In this document: positions 49,291 through 55,492 of the stretch, in pieces | How positions within the stretch are numbered: the first letter of the stretch is position 1 | Layout of the letters: every line of letters starts with the position of its first letter | NCBI RefSeq assembly: GCF_001194135.2 | Contig: NC_068999.1 | Location: forward strand, 33,102,412 to 33,157,903 | Reading direction: 5' to 3' | Origin: Octopus bimaculoides | Taxonomy: Eukaryota | DNA: 55,492 nucleotides | Program-made: the position numbers and the translations under genes | The notes under the pieces: generated by a model | Seen by the model: only the letters and a program-made list of their open reading frames with translations | Databases searched by the model: none | Told to the model about the DNA's origin: nothing

Positions 49291-50271
49291 GATAGTTGTA
49301 TGGTTAGGATGCCTCCTGGATAGGATGCCAGTTTGCTGCAGGATTACTCATTTTTGCCAGTTTTGCTCAAGAACACCATGCATCACCCAGTCCAGGAATT
49401 GAAACCACAATCTTACAGTCTAACCACTAAGTCACATGCCTGCAATGTGTGTGTAAACTCAATGTGTTTTCATTAACACCAGCTGAGCAAAAAAACGGTG
49501 ACATTATTTACGTTGTCCAGTAAACGGATGTCTTGTAGTTCAGTAGACATATTAAGATGCGAAGAATGAGAAATATGTTAACTTGAAAACTAAGTGGAGG
49601 ATGGTAACTGGAAGAGTAACCAGCTGAAGAAAATCTGGCACAGTAATTTTCGTCAAACTCATGCCACAATGAAAACAGATGGATGTATAACAATGACAAC
49701 AACAATGATGATGACGACAATGATGATGATGATGATGACGATGATGATGACGACAGTGATGATGATGGTAGTGGTGTTGATGATGATGATGATGATAATG
49801 ATGATGATGCAGAATGCTTTCCTCGGGTATTTTCTCTCATACATCACTGAATTCTCTCTTTGACTTCCTTTTCTTTTTCATCCTCATTCATATCCTCCTC
49901 TCTGCTAGAATTCCTTATATTGATCTCTCCGGTTATCCCTCTCTACACAGAACATCCCTGATTCCCCACCCCCGTCCTCTTACTCCTCCACCTCTTCCTC
50001 TTTTATCAGTCCTTCTCTCCCCCCTCTTCTACCCACCACCACCTCTAACTCCCTCGCCCCTCTCTAATCCCTAACTTCTCCCTTTTCATTTTGATCTTCC
50101 CAACTTACACCTTCAAGGGCAATAACTCCTTCTCAGATCTACATACACCTCCGACAGACCCACCACCAACCCTATTTGAATACCTCAATTCCAGATCTGA
50201 TTCTGCCACCTCAACCTCATCCCTACCATCACTACTGAAATAAGAGATCACCAAACCTAATTCCTTATCGG

Positions 50272-50750
50272 TGCAGGTATGGTTGTGTAGTAAGAAGCTT
50301 TCTTCCTATCCACATGTGTGACATCTTGGGCAAGTGTCTTCTACTATAGCCTCAGGCCAACAAAAGCCTTATGAGTGGATTTGGTCAATGGAAACTGAAA
50401 GAAGCCCATCGTATATATAAATATATATATATNNNNNNNNNNNNNNNNNNNNNNNNNNNNNNNNNNNNNNNNNNNNNNNNNNNNNNNNNNNNNNNNNNNN
50501 NNNNNNNNNNNNNNNNNNNNNNNNNNNNNNNNNNNNNNNNNNNNNNNNNNNNNNNNNNNNNNNNNNNNNNNNNNNNNNNNNNNNNNNNNNNNNNNNNNNN
50601 NNNNNNNNNNNNNNNNNNNNNNNNNNNNNNATAGAATAAGTATTAGACTTACAAAGAATAAGTTCTGGGGTCGATTTCTTCGACTAAAACCCGTTAAGGT
50701 GGTGCTCCAGCATGGCTGCAGTCAAATGACTGACACATGTAAAAGAATAC
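50272..50750 (+). mobile_element. SINE family C (spans a gap)
   Basis: Family C head, then the 3' block after the gap. Confidence 0.75.
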
Positions 50751-50834
50751 ACATATATGTCATAATGCATCCAAAACATCAGCCTGGTTGCATGCCAACC
50801 CTCTTTCAAGAGGCACCTTACCATTTAAACTGGT

Positions 50835-51145
50835 ACTCCATCAGTTATGAGGACGAGGGTCCCAGGTGATCTGATCAATTGAACAACCTGCTCATGAAAT
50901 TAACATGCAAGTGGCTGAGCACTCTGCAGACACATGGTCCCTTAACACAGTTCTCAGGGAGATTCAGCATGACAAAGAATGTGACAAGGCTGGCCCTTTG
51001 GATTACAGGTACTACTAATTTTTGCCAGCTGAATGGACTGGAACAATGGGAAATAAAGTGTCTTGCTCAAGGGCACAACGCATTGCTGGAAATTGAACCT
51101 TACAATCATGAGCCGAATACTCTAACCATTAAACCACACACCTTC
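50835..51145 (-). mobile_element. SINE family D
   Basis: Homologous to 21419-21797. Confidence 0.75.
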
Positions 51146-51179
51146 ACTTACCATTTAAACAAAAAAAACAAACCAGGTG

Positions 51180-51740
51180 TTGTTGTGTAGTAAGCAGTTT
51201 GCTTCCCAACAACATGGCTCCAGGTTCAGTCCCACTGTGTAGCACCTTGGGCAAACATCTTCTACTATAGCCTCAGGGCAAGAAAGACCGTGTGAGTGGA
51301 TTTGGTAGATGGAAACTGAAAGAAGCCCATCTTACGTGTGTGTGTGTGTGTGTGTGTGTGCCCCACCACCACTTGACAACTGGTGTTNNNNNNNNNNNNN
51401 NNNNNNNNNNNNNNNNNNNNNNNNNNNNNNNNNNNNNNNNNNNNNNNNNNNNNNNNNNNNNNNNNNNNNNNNNNNNNNNNNNNNNNNNNNNNNNNNNNNN
51501 NNNNNNNNNNNNNNNNNNNNNCGTGTGTGTGTGTGTGTGTGTGTGTGCCCCACCACCACTTGACAACTGGTGTTGGTGTGCTTATGTCTCTGCAGCTTAG
51601 TGGTTTGGTAGAAGAGAGTGATGTAATAAATACCAGGTTTTTTAAAAAAAAAGTACTGGGGTCGATTCATTTGACTAAACAAATTCTCCAAGGCAGTGCT
51701 CCAGCATGACCACAGTCTAGTGACTGAAACAAGTGAAAGA
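51180..51740 (+). mobile_element. SINE family C (spans a gap)
   Basis: Family C head, body, (TG)n and 3' block. Confidence 0.8.
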
Positions 51741-52069
51741 TGACAGATAAAAGAATGTAGTTCTAGATACATTATGTTTGAATAAAAGATTGGATGGTCA
51801 TAACAGGCATGTCTTTGGTTATTGATCTGTTGGATCAATACTGAATTGAGCCCATGAAGAAATTGCTGCATGGTCTCTAGATCTGCTAGACATAACAGCC
51901 ACATTTTCAAATGACATTCCAGCATCAAAAAAAATAAGAAAGCACGCTTACATAATGTAGTCTTTGATAATTTGAAAGACAAGACAGTCATGGCTGAAAT
52001 ACCTTTTCATCAAGGTTGGCCTGTAGCTCCAACAACGATTTTCCAGAACCTCTGCTTCCAAAGCCTTTA

Positions 52070-52475
52070 TGGAATGGAGAGAACCTGTGGAAGAAGTAGA
52101 CCCAGGAAGACATGAGACAAGATGGTGAAATGTGATCTTTGGATGTTGAGTCTCACAGAGGTGATGACAAGTGACCGAGACTCCTGGTGAATTGCTGTGC
52201 TGGAGAAGACATCAAGCTAAATAAACCGTGGTTGTGGCCAGCACTGGTGACACATGAAAGGCACCTGTACCAGTGACTCATAAAAGGTACCTGTGCCAGT
52301 GATATGTAAAAGACACCCAGTATACGCTGTGGAGTGGTGGTGTTAGGAAGGGCACTCAGCCATAGAAACCAAACCAAAACAGACTGGAGTCTGTTGCAGT
52401 TCTCTGACTTACCAGCTTGTGTCAAACCGTCTATCCCATGCCAGCATGGAAAACGGACGTTAAATGATGATGATG
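52070..52475 (+). mobile_element. RTE 3' end: coding relic joined to the (GAT)n tail
   Basis: MERTCGRSRPRKT*DKMVKCDL..LSLTEVMTSDRDSW*IAVLEK, then tail to AAACGGACGTTAAATGATGATG. Another tail piece at about 52670-52835. Confidence 0.85.
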
Positions 52476-52884
52476 GACTTCCTTATACCTTTAGGGTACG
52501 CTCTGGCACATCACTACCACCTTCTCTCTCTGATTGGGGTGATCATATATCTTCTCTTCAGCAAGACACTTGTTTCTGTCCCTCCATCATAGTTTAAACT
52601 CTTATCACCTGATACAAGGCCACCTTCCAATATTACTCCCCATCTCAATTGAGGAGTCTTTGTCTTGCAAACTACTTGGTGACCTCACCAGTGTTGGTGC
52701 CATGTAAGAAGCCCCCGGTACACTCTGTTAAATGGTTGGCGTTAGGAAGGGCATCCAGCCATAGAAACACCAGCTCATATCAAATTGCCCAACCTACACC
52801 AGTATGGAAAACGAAACTTAAAGCGATGATGGTGATATATATAATATAATACAATACAATATCATTAAAATACAATACAATAAG

Positions 52885-53222
52885 TGAAGGTGCATGGCTC
52901 AGTGGTTAGAGTGTCGGGCTCACAATCATGTGGTTGCAAGTTCGATTCTTGGACTAAGCTGTGTGTTGTGTTCTTGAGCAAGGCACTTAATTTCATGTTG
53001 TTCCAGTTCACACAGCCGTAGAAATGAGTTGCAGCGTTACTGGTGCCAAGCTGTATCGGCCTTTCTCTTGGATAACATCAATGGTGTGGAGAGGGGATGT
53101 TGGTATGCATGAGGACTGCTGGTCTGCCATAAAAAAAACAACAACCTTGTCTGAACTTGTGTCTCAGAAGGTAATTTTCTAGATGCAATCCCATGGTCAT
53201 TCATGATCGAAGGGTTTTTTTT
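52885..53222 (+). mobile_element. tRNA-derived SINE, family D-related
   Basis: TGGCTCAGTGG A box, GTTCGATTC B box, CTTGAGCAAGGCACTT central block. Confidence 0.85.
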
Positions 53223-54767
53223 ACAATATAATACAAAACAAAGAAAGACATTGCATTCTATCCGCCCGTATCTAATGCCTCTTTACTGTGACCCTTCTTT
53301 TTTGCTAGCCATCTGTGTGAATGTATATGTGTGTCTCCTTCTCAATTATACTTAAAAAACCTGTAATCAAAGGTTTTTTTTTTTGTCGCGAGCATTATAT
53401 CACTTTGTGTATCAGGGCAACAGTGTTAAATATGTCCTATACTTAACACGTTAAGATATGATTTGATGGATATCTGGCTGCTACTTCAAACACATCGAAT
53501 AACCAACCACGTAGCAATTCTCATCAATACAAAACTATTATTTCAGACGGAGTTATGTCCCTTGAATTTTCCTTGGTGAGGGAGAAATCTCTGATCTAAG
53601 GGAAATAACTCTTTTGTCCCAACTATCGCATAGCCATTCAGCTCAATCACTTTTGTAAAATTTGCTCAATTCATTAGCAATGATAATCATTTGTTTCAGT
53701 GAGGAGTTTTTTTCTTAACTCTTCCTTCTGCTTTACTTTGTTTTTCCTAAAATCTTTATCTAAAGAAAAAAATGTCATCAGGTTTTATTTGTTATTCAGA
53801 ATCTGTAAGAAGGAAAAGGTAGAGAAGTGGGTGCAAAATTGGTAACTGGGGTAGAATGAGTAATTTCTGATTTCTTTTCTTCCTACCTATTTGAAATCAT
53901 TACTTTGCAAATATTGCGCCTTAATTTTTTACAGTTGTATTATCTTTAGGAGTAAAGATTGGTCACAATAGTTGTTGTTGTTGATGAAGTTGAGGGAGTC
54001 CAAAATATATTCAGGTGTCAGGTACTTTTCCCTCAACTTTGACCTGCTTGTAATTGAGGCTGCTAATAAAACATCTGGATAATTTTTGGTGTCTAACAAT
54101 CAATATTCTTTTCTCTGTTGGATTCCAAGTCAATTTTTCCCCCCACTAATGTCCAGTTTGATAATTTTCAATTCCCAAAACAATTTCCAAAACTGGGGCA
54201 AAATGAGTAATGATTAATTTTAATTTATCTTTAACTGCATAGTATGTAAATATATCATGAAGCAAGCTACTCAGGCAGATTGTGAAGAAGCTGTAGAGAA
54301 TATTTTATGGTGGGTTTGTATATCTAGTTGAGTTCCGTTCATTTCGTATTATGTGCCATTTTGCCATGATCCTTTTTCATTTTTGTTGCATTTCTGATCC
54401 TTCTGACGTCTAAGAATGGATATTGACGGGAATGAGTTTTCTCTCAAATGTAATCCTGGAGAATCGAAGAGGCAAATTTGCCTTATCTTGTCTTATTCAT
54501 TTTTACCCAGCTAAATTTGTCTTTTATATGCTCAAAGAGGATAGCAATAATTTTGTGAAATAGTGGTCACATTATGTTATAGTGTTTTTAATGCATCAAA
54601 GAGAAGGCCATTTCCTTAGTGATATAGTTTTTACTCATTCTGTCCCACCCCACTACATTAAGCAATATAAAATGTACATTATTTCAAAAAATAGAAAGAA
54701 GATAATTGGGCATCTCAATTCAATACTTTGTAAATTTGTTTATAAATCTATTAATTATACCGATAAA

Positions 54768-54965
54768 GGATGGTAAGCTGGAAGTATTATTGGCATGTCA
54801 GACAAAATGCTTAGCGCATTTCTTCTGGCTCTATGTTCAAATGTCGCCATGGTTGACTTTGCTTTTCATCTTTTCAGAATCAATAAAATAAGTTCCAGTT
54901 GAGTATTGTGATCAATGTAATTGACTTCTCCTTAAAATTGTTGGCCTTTTGCCAAGAATTTTAAA
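54768..54965 (+). mobile_element. SINE family B
   Basis: Diverged B head and body. Confidence 0.7.
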
Positions 54966-55103
54966 AAATTAATTACATAAAGAATTAATGCATTAAGAAT
55001 TAATTATATCTATAAGGAACACAAGTATTCTGCAGTGGGGGCACACCTACAGACATGTGCCACTTATCCAACTATGTTTCCTCATAACTTTCAGAAAAAT
55101 GGA

Positions 55104-55492
55104 TATCAGGTCATCCCATAAGTTCTGTCCGAATTTTGAATAAAGAAAACAAGTGATCAAATGTTATATTTAAATGAAATTTAATCAACAATGTACTTTC
55201 CCTGATTATCTATGACTTCCTTCCATCTATTTACAAGCTTTTTAATCCCATCAATGTAAAACTCTTTTGGTTTCAAAGCGAAGAACTCTGAAGTGTCAGT
55301 TTCAACCTCCTCCTGGCTTGCGAAAGTTATGTCCCCAAAATGATTCTGTAAACAACGAAACAAATGGTAGTTTGAAGGAGCAAGGTCAGGAAAATAAGGT
55401 GGATGAGCAATTTTTTTCCCAGCCAAGCTCTTTGATCTTCTGTGATGTGATCTTTGCAGTGTGAGGTCGCGCATTGTCCTGATGAAACATCA
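55104..55492 (-). mobile_element. Mariner transposon 3' end (continues beyond the window)
   Basis: Minus ORF HPPYFPDLAPSNYHLFRCLQN...GIKKLVNRWKEVIDNQGKYIVD* (stop at 55181-55183); TA plus TIR-like TCAGGTCATCCCATAAGTTCTGTCCG at 55104-55135. Confidence 0.9.

Noticed and set aside
51326-51580. Identical (GT)n-GCCCCACCACCACTTGACAACTGGTGTT on both sides of a gap
   Set aside because: Typical unmerged contig overlap.
52885-52960. tRNA-like sequence with A and B boxes
   Set aside because: It is the head of a SINE, continuing into repeat body; no complete cloverleaf.

Overview
AT-rich, microsatellite-dense animal genomic DNA with ten N gaps. The repeat families look like those of Octopus (inference from recognised repeat sequence; not checked by a search). 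The only host gene I can support is the 3' end of a Discs large (dlg1-type MAGUK) gene: four GUK-domain exons on + at 457-3571, followed by a probable 3' UTR. The rest is mainly transposable elements: tRNA-derived SINEs, 5'-truncated RTE tails, two R4/Dong-like LINE relics, two mariners (one with both TIRs), and hAT- and piggyBac-type MITEs. The most notable region is a nest at about 30.5-35 kb. It holds an RTE-like LINE end with three tandem C2H2 fingers, a foldback element, and a Penelope-like RT/GIY-YIG element. It also holds two oppositely oriented, diverged copies of a 350-bp unit, each with a type I hammerhead ribozyme fold whose helices are kept by compensatory changes. This suggests a retrozyme-like family. 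All structure and alignment calls were made by eye. Repeat boundaries are approximate unless TIRs or TSDs are quoted. SINE family letters B, C, D and E are my local labels.
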